A stretch of DNA of 63,206 bases, filler included, from Ministeria vibrans ATCC 50519 (lineage: Eukaryota; Protista; Filasterea): NCBI GenBank assembly GCA_943704425.1. It is 4 parts of 4 records of this genome, joined end to end, with 100 filler letters (N's around TTAATTAATTAA, not from the genome) between each part and the next. Parts side by side here need not be neighbours in the genome. Positions count along the whole stretch, not along the records: positions 11,829 to 27,412 come from CALSCP010002326.1; positions 27,513 to 55,735 come from CALSCP010001513.1; 2 more parts are not named here. One strand, given 5' to 3'. The notes beneath the pieces were generated by a model. That model did no database searches, was not told the origin of the DNA, and saw only the letters and a program-made list of their open reading frames with translations. The position numbers and the translations under genes were made by a program. Shown here one piece after another: positions 25,801 through 39,170 of this stretch; the stretch's first letter is position 1, and each line of letters starts with the position of its first letter.

Positions 25801-26431
25801 TCGGATATTAAGAGTCAAGTAAGGAGAGAGTATATATGTGTATGATAGTGTATGTGCATGAATCAAGGGCATATGCATCGCAGGGTCAATTTTCCTTGGG
25901 GGTTTCTTGTGCTTTTTGTTATTTTTTTTAGCATGATGCACAGGCAACACCCACACATGTGGATGTATTTCCAGCTTTCTGATGACACTCTCTTGTCTTG
26001 TGCTGTACCCATCAACAAAGTGCAACGCATGTATTTATGTCTTTCAGGGACAAGAGTTCATGTTCCGCAACATATGCGATACATTTATTTTCCATAATTA
26101 TTGTGATGCCAAAGCTTTCTTCCGATTATAAATCACTTTCAGGGGGTAGATTCGGTCACTTTTATACGATAGACTTGCTGATGCAACTTCTCACTCGTTT
26201 CCCCCCCTTTTCGTTTCACAGATTGGAGAGGCGGGTGTCTTTGAGACAGAATTCGATTTTGTGAGCGACTGGTATAACTTTGAACTGCAGCTGAACGAGA
26301 AAGGACGACTCACACGCTCACATTCGTCTGGCTCTATTAAAATGCCTGATTTGTCTGCAATGCGTGTACGCCGCACGTCCAGTGTGGTGGCGGAGACGGT
26401 TGCCGAAGTGCAAGAGGAGGAGAGAGAGTAA
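19851..26431 (+). CDS. Large ankyrin-repeat protein with C-terminal C2 domain, subtelomeric, about 7 exons
   Basis: Many ANK repeats (GTNALHIAA, GRTPLIVAA, ALHEA, GNSPLFYAC, GMSPLHLAA); C2-type GQIQ|VTAHYKPLEEKLIVQVHGA; last exon 26222-26431 ends EEERE*. Confidence 0.75.
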
Positions 26432-26649
26432 GGATGAAAGAGTGTGTCTCTCTGTGTGCGTTTGCGAGTGTGGGAGCAAAAAAGAGAAGTGAGGGAAGAG
26501 AGAAAGAGAGCATGTGCGAAAACATTTGTGAGGGAGGGAGAGGTGAAAGAAAATACAGCGACTACATTTTTATTATTTTTGGTGTGCCCTAGAGAAAGTG
26601 TCAGGAATGTGTGGGAAGGGAAATGTTGTTCTTTAGAGTTAGGGTTAGA

Positions 26650-27240
26650 CTTTGACTTTGAGTTATACTGCCGGTCTAGATTTGCAGGATCATAATGCGA
26701 AACGGCTGTTGAAGGACGTGCAACGTGAACAATTGTGGCGTGCGATGTCGGACCATGTGCACCAGGGCAAGGTTGTTCGGGAGTTTGGTCATGAGTGGGT
26801 CAGGCGTATAACAAGCAACGTGGAGTGGAACTCCTTGTGCGGCTGCGCAGTGGTCGATTGCCATGCGCAGCTGTGCAAAAGGAGCGGAAGCTACATGACT
26901 CAGATTTGTGTCCCGAATGTTGTGACGAAGATAAGGATGTGGGCCATATGTTTGCGTGCACGGCTAGTGCTGTAGAGCGTGTCCTGGACGTACTTCAGGC
27001 AGGGTTTCAAGAATGGTTGAATGATGCTTCGCAGGATGGTACGAATGAGGTTGCGCTGTGGCTTGTGCCGTTTCAGGTGATGCGTCCATCCGTTCTGGTG
27101 TCAGGCGTGTGGCCACGAGCTGTGTTGGAGCTTTTCAGTGAGAGCAATCGTGCTCTTGTAAAGAAGATGGTCAAATGTTGTGAAAGACATGGTCACGTGT
27201 TACGAGACGTGGGTTACACGAAGATTTTCTGTTACGGCAG
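26650..27240 (+). mobile_element. Degenerate LINE ORF2 3' fragment embedded in telomeric repeats
   Basis: ELLVRLRSGRLPC...LCPECCDEDKDVGHMFAC (CX2CX8HX3C knuckle); apparent frameshift near 26800; flanked by TTAGAG/TTAGGG/TTAGAC-type hexamers on the left and variant then perfect TTAGGG on the right. Confidence 0.7.
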
Positions 27241-27267
27241 ATTGAGTCTGAGTTTGTGGTTGACTTT

Positions 27268-27412
27268 GGGTTAGGGTTAGGGTTAGGGTTAGGGTTAGGG
27301 TTCAGGGTTAGGGTTAGGGTTAGGGTTAGGGTTAGGGTTAGGGTTAGGGTTAGGGTTAGGGTTAGGGTTAGGGTTAGGGTTAGGGTTAGGGTTAGGGTTA
27401 GGGTTAGGGTTA
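27268..27412 (+). repeat. Telomeric repeat (TTAGGG)n, probable chromosome end
   Basis: More than 20 tandem TTAGGG units with one TTCAGGG variant, G-strand facing the contig end. Confidence 0.95.
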
Positions 27413-27512
27413 NNNNNNNNNNNNNNNNNNNNNNNNNNNNNNNNNNNNNNNNNNNNTTAATTAATTAANNNNNNNNNNNNNNNNNNNNNNNNNNNNNNNN
27501 NNNNNNNNNNNN
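27413..27512. other. Artificial contig linker
   Basis: N44-TTAATTAATTAA-N44. Confidence 0.97.
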
Positions 27513-27689
27513 TTTTTTTTTGAAACTCGACGCATCGCCTGTGTCTCCACTGCGACTGCCCTTCGCGTTGTCTTGCGTGCCAGCCCGTAGAAATCGGGCC
27601 GGTCGTGTGTGTAGGGGTGTGTGCGCCAGCCGTCGTGCCCCCTGCGCCCTTGCTTCCCATCGAAAGGACGACCGCAACCGTAGACTTGT

Positions 27690-28876
27690 GACGCACGCAA
27701 TTGCCAAATGCGCTCCATTGGCCCAATGCCCTCCCTATGGCTTCCTTTGCACGCTTGCACCGTCGTCCCTCTTGCCAACCAACCGTGCCCTGTCGGCGCT
27801 GTAACATGCCGCCTCCGCCATTAGGCCCAATTTGTGACCCGAAATGGCACTACAAAAAAAGAAAAAGGAAATGGGCTGACATGTCACTTTGTCGTGTTAG
27901 GATCTGGGTTGGCTCACAGCAGCATGCATGTGCATGTCCAGTCAACACAGCAGCACCGCAGGCGTGCAACTGCTTCGACACACAGCGCCCCAAGCTGGGC
28001 ATTCGCGTGTACGCCCAGCGCGGCAACGTCTACGTCGGTGCCTACGACCGCTCCGGCGGCTTCTTCACGTACAACGCCAATCCGGGGGCGTGGGACGAGA
28101 ACGACTTTAGCACCGTCCAGGCCGAGTTCTTTGGTGGCATGCAAGGCGCCTTTCTCTTTGGCAAGGCGGGCACCACCGTCGCCAGTGGCAGTCCCGGCTA
28201 CTACTCGCAGCCGTCGTCCAAGTGGGTCGGTTCCAACGGACGCATGGCCGGCACCTTTTACGGCTATCCCTACACCGCCGGTACCAACACCATTGGCGCA
28301 CAGCTGTTCAGACCCACAGGCACCGCCAACAACGAGTACCTTGGCTGGAGCGTCGCCACTGGCGACGTTAACGGCGACGGCGAATTTGGTATCAAGCATA
28401 ATTTCAATAGGGCAACGTCTCTTCGTCACTCATACATCTTCTCACCTTTTCCCTTTTGTTTTCTCTTAGATGTGATCAGTGGTGTGCCGCGCCGCACACA
28501 GGAGACGGGTGAAGTGCGCGTGTACTTTGGGACGAGCACAGGCGGCCTTAACAACGTCAACAGCAACATCAAACTGCCCTCCAAGCAGTGGGGAGCCATG
28601 TTCGGCGCGGTTCTCCTTGTCTTAGACATCAACAATGATGGCTACGCGGACGTGCTTGTCTCCGCACCCACTTACGACTCGCTCTCGGCTTGGGAGACAG
28701 GCTCCGTCTTCGTCTACCGTGGCTCCTCGTCGGGTCCCTCCGACGGCGCCCTGTGCACCGCCGTCCCCTGCGCCTCCACCGTCGTCCAACAGCTCACTGG
28801 CTTAAGCAACGGCGAGCGCTTTGGTTACTCTCTTGCCTCTCTCGGCGACTCTGACAAAGACGGTAACTCACTTGTG

Positions 28877-28938
<62 letters not shown>

Positions 28939-30789
28939 ATGCAGCTGAATCATAATTACTACGTCTTAGGATTCAACGATGTTGCCATTGGAGCACCATT
29001 CTACACAAACGGCGACAACGAGTACGCGGGACGCATCTTTCTGTACCAAGGGAGTTCGTCAGGTCTGCAGCTGTCGCAGACGATTGTCGGCGAGGCAGCC
29101 GACTGGCGTCTGGGCTTCTCCATTGCCGGAGGGTTTGACATTGATGGGGATGCGTACAACGACATGGTTGTGGGCCTGCCCAAGCTGCAGCGGGTTGGAG
29201 TGTTCAAGGCCAAGACAATCAGTGAGGTGAGCCTGTCGATCATCACCAACCCAGCGTCGGGTGATGCGTTGCTCGCGAGCATCAACGCCACTGTGTGTGC
29301 CACTATCAATGGCCCTGCGGCCGCCGAGAACTTCCTCCTCGTTCTTACCGTCGACAATCGAATGACCATTCTGGGACAGTCGTCTTCCAACGCCACTCTC
29401 TCCAATGTGGCCGTTGGCGACGTCAGCTGCGTCTTCTTTGATGTCCTTGTCGACACAACGACGGCCAAGGACCCGCCTCTCTCGCTCGTCGCGACCACCA
29501 TCAACCTCACGCCTGGGACACAGGTGGTTACATCGACTTCCGCCGTCAAGGGCGTGCCCCGTTGCAGTGGCGGCGCCTGCGATGTCGACCTGGTGCTCAC
29601 GGGCGAGCCTTTCCCGTCCGAACTCATCGCCGGCAACGACCTCATCCTGCAGGTGAATATCAGTGCGCTCCTGGGTTCGTCCGCCTTTTCACTCACTCTC
29701 ACTCTCACGTGGGTCGACGACCTCTCGCTCGCGGGCAGCATTGCCAATGTCATCTGCCTTGACCACCCGACCTTGAGCGGCGTCGTGTGCGATGTCGGCG
29801 ACTACACTGGCAGCCCCATTGTGTTCAACATGACCCTCACGACTCCTGAACGCTCCGGTTTTGTCAACCCTTTTGCCACCTCGCTTGAGTTTGGCACCTT
29901 TGAGTTGACTACCATCAGCGTCGACACCAACATGACCAACAACTTGTTCCCACTGGCAGTTCCGCTCAACACTGAGTCGGACCTGGACGTGTCAATGCTG
30001 GTGGAGCCCTCGGTGGCGACCATTGGGCCCACAACGCCTATCACTGTGACGTACACGGTGCGCAACCCATCGGCGACCTCTAACAACGTTGTCACCAACA
30101 TTGTCCTGACCTTCAGCTGGCCCGTCGTCTCCGTGCCCATCTACTCAATCGTGGCCACTGCCGACGAAGGCACCGCCGACTGCTCGTCCACCGATGCGTT
30201 CGTCGACGAGAGAGTCGACCCCAACTACGTCCCCGATGAGGCCGAGCCCACCGAAGCCATCACCGATCGCCGTCGTCGTGACGTCTCCTCCAACTCCACT
30301 CTCGACCTCTCGACCTTCCCGGCCCTCAATGAGTCCTTTGCCGGCTGGATGAACCTTGAGTGCACCTTTTCGGCTCTCGAGCGCGGACAAAGCTTTGAAA
30401 TTAAGGTCAAGGCGATCATCAACGAGACACTCGTTACCGAGGACACCGTCATCGAGCTCGAAACTAACGTTACCGCCAACATTGTGCTCAACCCCATCTA
30501 CCAAGACATTAACCTGGGCAACAATCACGACAATGTGACCTTCCTCGCCCGCACTGGCGGCGGCGACAAGAGCACAGTGCAGGGCTCGTCGGTGCCCATC
30601 GAACCCTGGAAGATTGGCGCGTCTGCTGCTGGTGCTGCCTTCATGGTTGCCGCACTTGTTGGCATCCTCTACAAGGCCGGTGCGTTCCGACGCAAGGCCA
30701 AGCCTCCGAATCTGGAGGAGCTCGAGTGCGAGGAGGACGAGCTGCCCCCGACACAGTCGGGTCCTCGCATTGTTGACTCGGACATCTAA
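27690..30789 (+). CDS. Integrin alpha subunit, 5' end probably missing at contig edge
   Basis: FG-GAP repeats with Ca-binding loops (YLGWSVATGDVNGDG, MFGAVLLVLDINNDGYADVLVSAP, RFGYSLASLGDSDKDG|FNDVAIGAP, RLGFSIAGGFDIDGDAYNDMVVGLP); beta-rich leg; RRRR furin-type site; single TM followed by KAGAFRR. The 5' coordinate is approximate. Confidence 0.9.
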
Positions 30790-31017
30790 GTGCAGAGAGT
30801 CAGGCGTGGGAAATAGAGAGATGGAGTGTGAGAGAAAATTCTTTATAGTATGATTACAAAACCCTTTGCATGTTAATTACCATTTCAATTGATCTTTTGA
30901 TACCCCAAAGAAGAAGAAGCTCTTCGTTTCCACAATCGTGAAAGGCAGAACATGGCCTTGAAAATTTTATCAATCTTTCTTATAATCTTAGTCGTATTAA
31001 TTTTATTCATCATCAAA

Positions 31018-31616
31018 ATGCGACTGCTACTTATCGCATTCGTTGTGTGTGCGTCGACCATCGCGCTCACAGACGCGTGGGGCCAGGTAAGAGAGAGAAA
31101 AACGGAGATGACGTATTGTTTTCTGTCTTGAACCCCATTTCGTCGTTGAACGTCTATGGACGCCTCTCTTGCCTTGTATAATGGGATCGGATGGTGTATG
31201 GTCTCGTTGGCGTGTGTTCACGCGAGTTGTCTTGTTTTAGGATGGGCACTATATCACTGGTTTGGTTGCGCAGTCGAGACTCACGACCAAAGCAGCGTCC
31301 ATGGCCAAGGTGCTGCTTCCCGACGTCCAGGGGCAGCTAGCACAGGTATGGGAGTGTATGTTTAGCCGTGTACGCATCCGTATAGAACCCTCTTCTGGTC
31401 TGTCATGGGTCTATGTTTTTTTTTTTCACTCTTCGCATTTCCATCTCGTGTCGAGTCCATCTGCCTCCAGCTGCCTCACTACCCACTCCCGACACGTCTG
31501 CCAACCCCCCCCGCGCCACTCCGCGCCAGTGTCATCCAGCGCAGTGCAGTCATCGCTTTTGTGCTGTTTCCCCAATTCTCGCTCTGTTTCTGTTTCTTTC
31601 TCCTCTCTCTATCACT

Positions 31617-31715
<99 letters not shown>

Positions 31716-32485
31716 AACCCTCAGCCCTAATTCTTTCTCCTCGCCTGCAGATTGCAAGCTGGGCGGACGACGTGCGCCGTACATCGGAATGGGCGTGGAC
31801 GGCACCCCTGCACTTTGTCAACACGCCCTCGTCCGGCTCCGGCATGTGTACGTACAGCTACAGCCGCGACTGTCAGGACACCTCGGGCACCCCCAACTTT
31901 TGTGTGTGTGGCGCTATCAACAACTGCTCCGACATCCTGTCGGGCTCGTCGCAGACACCGATTCTGTCGCTGCGTGGTTTCCCGGGGCGTCTTGCGACGG
32001 CGGGCGTGAATGAGAGCTTGGCAGATGCACTCAAGTTTCTGGTGCACTTTGTGGGGGATTCACACCAGCCGCTGCACTGCGGGAAGCTGGACGACAAAGG
32101 GGGCAACGATATCACGGTGCATTTCTTTGGGAAGAAGACCAACCTGCACTCGGTGTGGGACACGGCGATCATCGACAAGCGCATGGACGACTCCTTCTCG
32201 GGCTCGCGCGATGCGTATGCGCAACATTTGACGGAACGACTGGGCAAGGACTGGGCCAAGGACATCAGCAAGTGGGAGAAGTGCACCGCCAGCAGTGAGG
32301 TCGTCTGCCCTGACCCCTGGGCGACGGAGAGCGTCCAATACGCGTGCAGCACGGCGTACGCCGGCGCCCCAGACAACGCCAATCTCACGAGCCCCTACTA
32401 CAACAAAGCCTTCCCCGTCGTTGACCTACGTCTGGCCCAGGCCGCCGTGCGCATGGCCGCCGCGCTCAACCGCCTCTGGAAGTGA
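31018..32485 (+). CDS. Secreted S1/P1 nuclease, 3 exons
   Basis: Signal peptide then WGQ|DGH; SWADDVR, LHFVNTP, FLVHFVGDSHQPLH, GGN, NLHSVWD, WATES, LAQAAVRMAAALN. Confidence 0.93.
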
Positions 32486-32780
32486 TCTATTTCAAAAAAT
32501 GCTGATGATTACAATGTATTTTCGTTTTTGTGATTGATTATTGAATATATTTATTATTGATGAATTGGAACGCATCATTAATATAATTTGTTCTCTATTT
32601 GGGACATTCTCGTCTAGAAGGCTACGGTGGAAGTATTGTGCGGCTCTTTGTTTTGTATATAGTCTGTAATTATTATGATTTCTCGATTATTTTTCTTATT
32701 CATATGACATCTTCTCTTCTATTATAAATTTAAAATTTTAATCAATTCTTTTCCGCACCGTTATTCAGAACATCTTAATC

Positions 32781-33936
32781 ATGTCGTGGGCTCACTCGGG
32801 ACAGCCGGGAACAGGCGGGAATGCTCATTTGATGGAGGAAGTTCGATTGCTCGACAGACGAAATCGCGAAGACTATGACAACATTGCAAATGTCTTTTCG
32901 TTGCTCCAGGTTCGCATTGTGCAGAGTAGTGAGAGTGAGAGAGCGACAGCCGAAGCGCTTTAAGACGATATGTGTGTCTTGGTGTGAGAAACATTCCCCA
33001 GTGGCTCTTCTTCGTCGTTTGCCTTTATCGTCTCCGCTTTCCCCGCTTGCTGCCACAGGCGACACCCGCCGCAGCCCATTGCATGGCGTGCAGGCCTGAA
33101 TGGCCGGCTGCATGGCGTCATTCGTCCCAACTGACTTCTTTCAACAGACCATCGACCTGCTGGAAAAGGCGTATGTGCGCGGCGAATGCTCTGCCTCGGA
33201 GTACACCTCGGAGTGCCGTGGACTCATTGCACAGTTCAAAACCGCTCAGAACCTGTTGCCCGAGGAAGCACAAAACGTCGAAATGTTCGCAAACGAAGTA
33301 CGTTTCCCATTCCATTCTATTCACCCACAGCCAATCGCAACCGAGATCTGACCACTGTATCCACATCATGCAGTGGCATCTGTCATGCGGTGCGGCCATC
33401 AATCGGATTCGTATTGGTGTGCCAGCGACGGTCGAGGTGCGCCACCCTTACACATCACCCTATCCTGTCTCACCCCTCCCCCCTCTTCCCCTCCCCTCTT
33501 TCCCTTCCCTCTCTGTGGGTTTGTTCTCTTTGTGTAGCACGGCGGCTCCGACACCGTTGACCAGGCAAAAGAGTCGGTGTATGTGCTGGAGACGGGACAG
33601 TACATGATTACGCTCATGGATGTGCTGCGCCTCGGCCAGAAGGCCATGGACGAGGTCTTTCCCTACCTCAACTCGCTCCTCGACTCCATGAACAAGCTCT
33701 CTCGCATGCCCGCCGACTGGACCTCTCGCGATGTCGTCAAGAAATGGTACTATTTTCGTTTTGTTTTTTGCTTTGCTCGCGACTCAAACTGCCGCTCTTG
33801 TTGCTCTTCAAGGCTGATTACGATCCAGCAAATGAAGGCAACCGACGAACTGGACGATGCGCAAGTGCGCCAGATGCTCTTCGATCTCGATGCGGCCTAC
33901 CAGGACCTCCACCACCGCCTCACAAGCGGTCAGTAG
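32781..33936 (+). CDS. VPS28: ESCRT-I subunit VPS28, multi-exon
   Basis: EEVRL..REDYDNIANVFSLL|TIDLLEKAYVR..EYTSECRGLIAQFK..AAINRIRIGVPATVE..ITLMDVLRL..DELDDAQVRQMLFDLDAAY. Confidence 0.93.
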
Positions 33937-34120
33937 CGCAACACACGACACGACGCGCTCTTCCTCTCTCGATGTAACAAAATGCAATTGATCATTCAAG
34001 TCCGTCACGCTCAACGGTGTTCCACATCGTGACCATAGTTAAACGAACACCCGACCTGACATTGACTGTTCCACACACAAAATACAAACAATACACACTC
34101 TGATTTTACAACGCCGACTC

Positions 34121-34444
34121 TCATCTTTTGGCGACGCTCTTGGCCACACAGGACTGCAGTTTCACGAATTCGTCGGCACACATCCCCTTTTCAACGTCCT
34201 GCAAGCGTGCAGACATGCACGCGCCATATGCCGAGACCTATGAAAGGACAAACGGCGTCAACGAAACGAAAGGACAACGCGCGCGAAACCTCTTTGCTGC
34301 ACACTCGCAACGCCCCTGAGATCGCCCTAAGCACAACACAGGCCTGCGTTAGCATCCCACAACAGACACCCTCCTCCCCCAGTCGTACGAGACTCGCCGC
34401 CTGCCCTCCGCAAGACTCGCAGCCGTTGTTGAGAGACGCGTCAT
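34121..34444 (-). CDS. NDUFAF8: Twin-CX9C complex I assembly factor NDUFAF8-like, 3 exons, ~69 aa, not in the ORF track
   Basis: Phase-consistent splicing gives MTRLSTTAASLAEGRRRVSAISGALRVCSKEVSAYGACMSARLQDVEKGMCADEFVKLQSCVAKSVAKR*, with two exact CX9C motifs plus AYGxC and CxxEF. Confidence 0.85.
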
Positions 34445-34578
34445 CGAAACAAACGAAGCAAAGTGTGGAAGGAAAAATTAATATTGAAAATAATAAAAAT
34501 TCTTTCGATGAGAAGTTGAGAACTCATGAGATCATTCTTTTTATTTTATTATCACTATATTATACAAGTAACAGAAGT

Positions 34579-36410
34579 CTATTCAGACTGCTCTTCAGAT
34601 GCGGCCACAAGCGACGAAAAGACACTCTTTGGGTCACTGAGCAGTCGCGCAGGAGAGTCAAACTCAACCATTCTACAGAAAACAAACAAACAGTTAACCT
34701 CTCGCTCCCTCTCTCCTTGTGTTGGAATTGGTACTGTCCAGCGTCAAGCACAAGAATTCGATCGCAGTCGATGATGGTCTTGATGCGGTGCGCAATGATG
34801 AGCACAGTGCGCCCGACAAACTCATCGCGCAACACCTTTTGCAGCTGCTCGTCCGTCTTGAGGTCGACACTCGCCGTCGCCTCGTCGAGCAAGAGCACCT
34901 TAGCGTTTCGCAAGAAGGCACGCGCGACACTAAAGAGCTGACGTTGACCGACGCTGAAGTTGGCGCCCCCCTCGGCAATGGTGGCGTTGAGGCCGCCGTC
35001 GAGGGCGCGCACCGCGTCATGCAGCTGCGCGCGCCGCAACGCCTCCCACAGCTCCGTGTCAGATGCACGTCCGTGCGGGTCCAAGTTGAACCGAACGGAG
35101 GCAGCAAAGAGCACGGGGGACTGGGGGATGATGGCGAGACGAGCGCGGAGGGTGCGTAGAGGCACAGAGGCAGTGCTGAGATCGTCGATGAGGATGGTGC
35201 CCTCGTGCGGAAACACCAGTCGCAGCAGTGCCAGAGTCAGCGAGCTCTTGCCGGCCCCCGTGCGCCCACACACCCCGACCCGCTGTCCGGCCTCAATGAC
35301 CACCGAGAGGCGGCGCAGTGCGGGATCGAGTCCATCGCGATAGCGCACCGACACTCCAATGAGCTCAATGCGACCGTGCGCGGGCCACTCGCGCGGCGGC
35401 TCCTTCTGCCGCACAACCCGCCCCTGCGAAGCATGCAACGACGCAGCCGCATTGAGCGCCTCCTCGCTCTCCAGCCGGCTGTAGTGCTCAATGCGCTCGA
35501 CGGCGTTCATGTTCATCTCAGCGTCCGCCACGGCGCGCACCATCCAGTTGAGCGACGAAGTGACAGTCAGCGCGTACGACAGCGACAAACCTGCCAGTCC
35601 CGGGTCAATCCGATGCGCATTGCCCACAATAGACGCCGCTCCAAAGAACACAATGGTTGCGCCGAGGTACTCGAGAAAGCAGCCGAGCCAGCGATTGCAT
35701 GTGTTGAGAAAGAGAAAGTTGATAGAGGATGCGTCAATGTTGGCCGTCATGATCCGCATGAAGCGCTCCTGCACGCCATAAGCACGGATGGTCGCAACGC
35801 CATGGAGCGACTGCGACAACAGCCCAAACACCGGCGACTTAGAGAGACTCTCAAGGCGCTGAAGTTCGCGAGAGGTGGAGCGGAAGAAGCGTTGCATGTA
35901 GAAGTAGACGACGAGAATGGGGGCGGCCGCTGCAAGAAAGATGGGAGTCACAATGCCCTGCACAATCACCGAGGCAATCATTTGAAGAAACATGGACAGC
36001 AGCGACTGGAGGGTGCTGGGCATGCGCGAGTCAACCGTGTTGAGGTCGCCTGAGAAGCGATTGAGAATGCGGCCAATAGGCGTGGCGTCAAAATACTGCA
36101 TGGGCGCAGAGGCTATGCTGTCCACCATGGCAATGTGTAGTTTGCGACTCGCACGCAGGCCCGCATAGATTATCAGACCTGCAGTGAGCAGCGCCACCAG
36201 CATAGATGCTCCACTCAGAATAGCATACCCGGTCAGCCAATACTTGGTGGTGTGCACTGGTGTCTCTTTGCCAGTCTAACAGTTCAAAATTAATACAAAG
36301 AAAACAAAAGAGCGGTTAATAGTATTGTCATTTTTTCTACACAAATTCCGTCTTTCACACACAAATTTTAGTAATAATAATAATAACAATAACAGTAATA
36401 ATAAAAATAA

Positions 36411-36445
<35 letters not shown>

Positions 36446-36455
36446 TAATAATAAT

Positions 36456-36509
<54 letters not shown>

Positions 36510-36632
36510 TAATTATAATAATAATAATAATAATAATAAAAATATATGCGTGCTCGCTCTTCCTTTCTGACTGTCGGTTGTAGTCTCCGTCTCAGACTCA
36601 GATTTCTCGACAGGCACACACATACACATACA

Positions 36633-36718
<86 letters not shown>

Positions 36719-39124
36719 GGTTGTGGAAAAGAGTGGCAGTGCCGTGACCTGGTCCATGACGAGTGATGCGACGGCGTTGGTCACGTTCGGGGTCACATCA
36801 CCACTGCTGGACCATTCGCTGAGCCAATAGTCGGTGTAGACGAGAATGCCACGCGAGGTCATGAAGACAAGGAGAGTGCAGAAACACAGAATGGCTCCAC
36901 ACGCACTCGCATAGCTCATGTAGACACTCCACGCAACTGCGCCCGTCTCGCGCTCCTCCTTGTCAATGAGATCACCATCCTTCTTCTTCGTCGTCCCTCC
37001 CTTGGCATTCGCTATCACATCGACTGCAGATTCGGACACGACCGTCTTTGTCGATATGTTTGAGATTTGGCGCTCTTTCATGGCTGTTGCGCGGGCCACC
37101 TGTAAGCTGGCACTGGCAGTGGCAGTCATTCCACCGCTCGATCCGCCCGCAACATCTTCCTCTTTTACAAGGAGCGCGTTGCTTGCCTCGTTGCCCCCCG
37201 CCACAGCGTCCTGTACTAGCGTCTCGTCCTCGTCAACGACAACAGCCGACACCTGCAGCTCTTCGATCGCGTCACGGACATGCTGCTGATTGGGATGTCC
37301 CTGGGCACGCACTGCACACGCCTCAAGCACCACCACATGGTCGGTCTGGGATGCCAGGTGCAGATAGTGCGTCGAGAGCACCACTGTTTTGTGATGACGG
37401 TGTACCAGCGGTAAGATCACCTCCTGAAACACGTGGCGACCCGTGTGTGCATCAAGCGCCGACAGGGGATCGTCAAAGATGACCATGTCGGCGTACGGTG
37501 CAAAGTACATGGCGCGTCCAATGGAGACGCGTGCCTTCTGACCTCCCGATAGGTTCACACCGCGCTCGCCAATCTCCGTCATGTCTCCAGCGGGAAGCAT
37601 GGCAAAATCCGGCTCGAGGGCACACGCACGCACAACATCGTTGTACCGTTCAACGTCGTACTCGCAACCAAACACAATGTTATCGCGCAGTGTCGCATTC
37701 ATAATAAACGGCTCTTGCGCCGCATACGCAAACACAACCCCATTCACCACGCGATGGCCCGACACCACATTCATTTCGCCAAGAATCGCCGATATTAACG
37801 ACGACTTACCCGAACCCACCGCCCCCACAATCAACGTGAGTTGTCCCTGCGGCACACTCATTGTGATAGAGTGTAGCTGCCCGGCAGTGGTGCTTGTGGA
37901 TGCCATGGTCGGTTGTGTGACCTCTCGCTGGTGGGTGGTACTACTGCTGCTGCTCAAGTGTCCCTCCTTCTCATAACCCTCTTCTTCTTTGTCTTCGTCT
38001 TCCTCCTCCTCATCCTGAGTGTCCCATGCAAGTTGCGCACGCACAAATGACACGGCAACAGGACGCAAGTCACCGGCATCACTGTTCCCACCTGTCGCCA
38101 CAGCGGTTGTTGCACCCAACAGCGAGTGTTCCGACCCATCTCCTCCTTGTGAGTGTTCAAAGTCCCATTCACTCTCGGAGTTGCCACGACGACGCACTGG
38201 GGCACCCGACGAGATGGTAGAGTGACGGAAAAAGCGTTCGTGTTGACGTACAAGGTTGTCTTGTGTGGTGAGTAGCTGGGGTGCGTGCGGGGCAATTTCG
38301 TCGCGTGTGTAGAAGCTACGAAGACGCTTGACGGACACGGTGGCGTCCACCCATGTGTTGAAGATGAGCGGAAGGAAATTGAGGGGCATGCGAAGCATGT
38401 TGAAGAGAGAAATGGAGGTGAACGCACGCTGGGGGGTGAGAGGTTCGTCGGAGACGAAAGCAAACGCGGCAAAGCTCGAGAGGGTAACGAGCACTGGAGT
38501 GGCGGTCATGAGGAAGACAGTAAAGGCACGGACAATACCTGAGCGTACCAGACAGTGAAGCTGGTGGGCTCGTGCGGCACCAAGACGCTCAACAAAGAAG
38601 GTCTCCCACGACATGCACTTGATGACCTTGACATTCTGCAGCAACTCATCCGTCTTCTTCAGGCGATCATCTTCGGCCACGATGATCTTCTTTTGCCAGC
38701 GTGACTGCAGCGTCACCAACCGTGCCTGCACTGGCATAAGCACGACCATCATGGCGAGTCCTGTGAGACCCACTATACCCAGTTGGCCCACAATCAGAGC
38801 AAGTGCAATAGCAATTTGCAGGGGCAGTGCAAAGGTGTAGTTGACAAAGTAGAACCAAAAGAGAATCTTTGAAGTGTCCGTCGACATGTGATTAGCAATT
38901 TGGCCTTGGTTTTAGAAATAGAAAACGTTAAAAAAGCTCATCATAAACATTCTCTCTCTCCCATCATAGATGGAAATGTTCTCTCACCCCTCATAGATGA
39001 AAATATTCTCTCTCATCCATCATAGATGAAAATTCTCTCTCACCCATCATAGACGAAAGTATTCTCCCTCTCTCTATCACTTTGTTTCTTTCTCCCTCCT
39101 CTCTCTCTCTCTCTCTCTCCTCTT

Positions 39125-39170
<46 letters not shown>

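Noticed and set aside
27256-27468. ORF with GL/RV dipeptide repeats
   Set aside because: Translation of the TTAGGG telomere.
27268-30789. Integrin alpha appearing telomere-adjacent; ADAM gene appearing next to the caspase pair
   Set aside because: Both adjacencies cross artificial linkers, so the genes are on different contigs.
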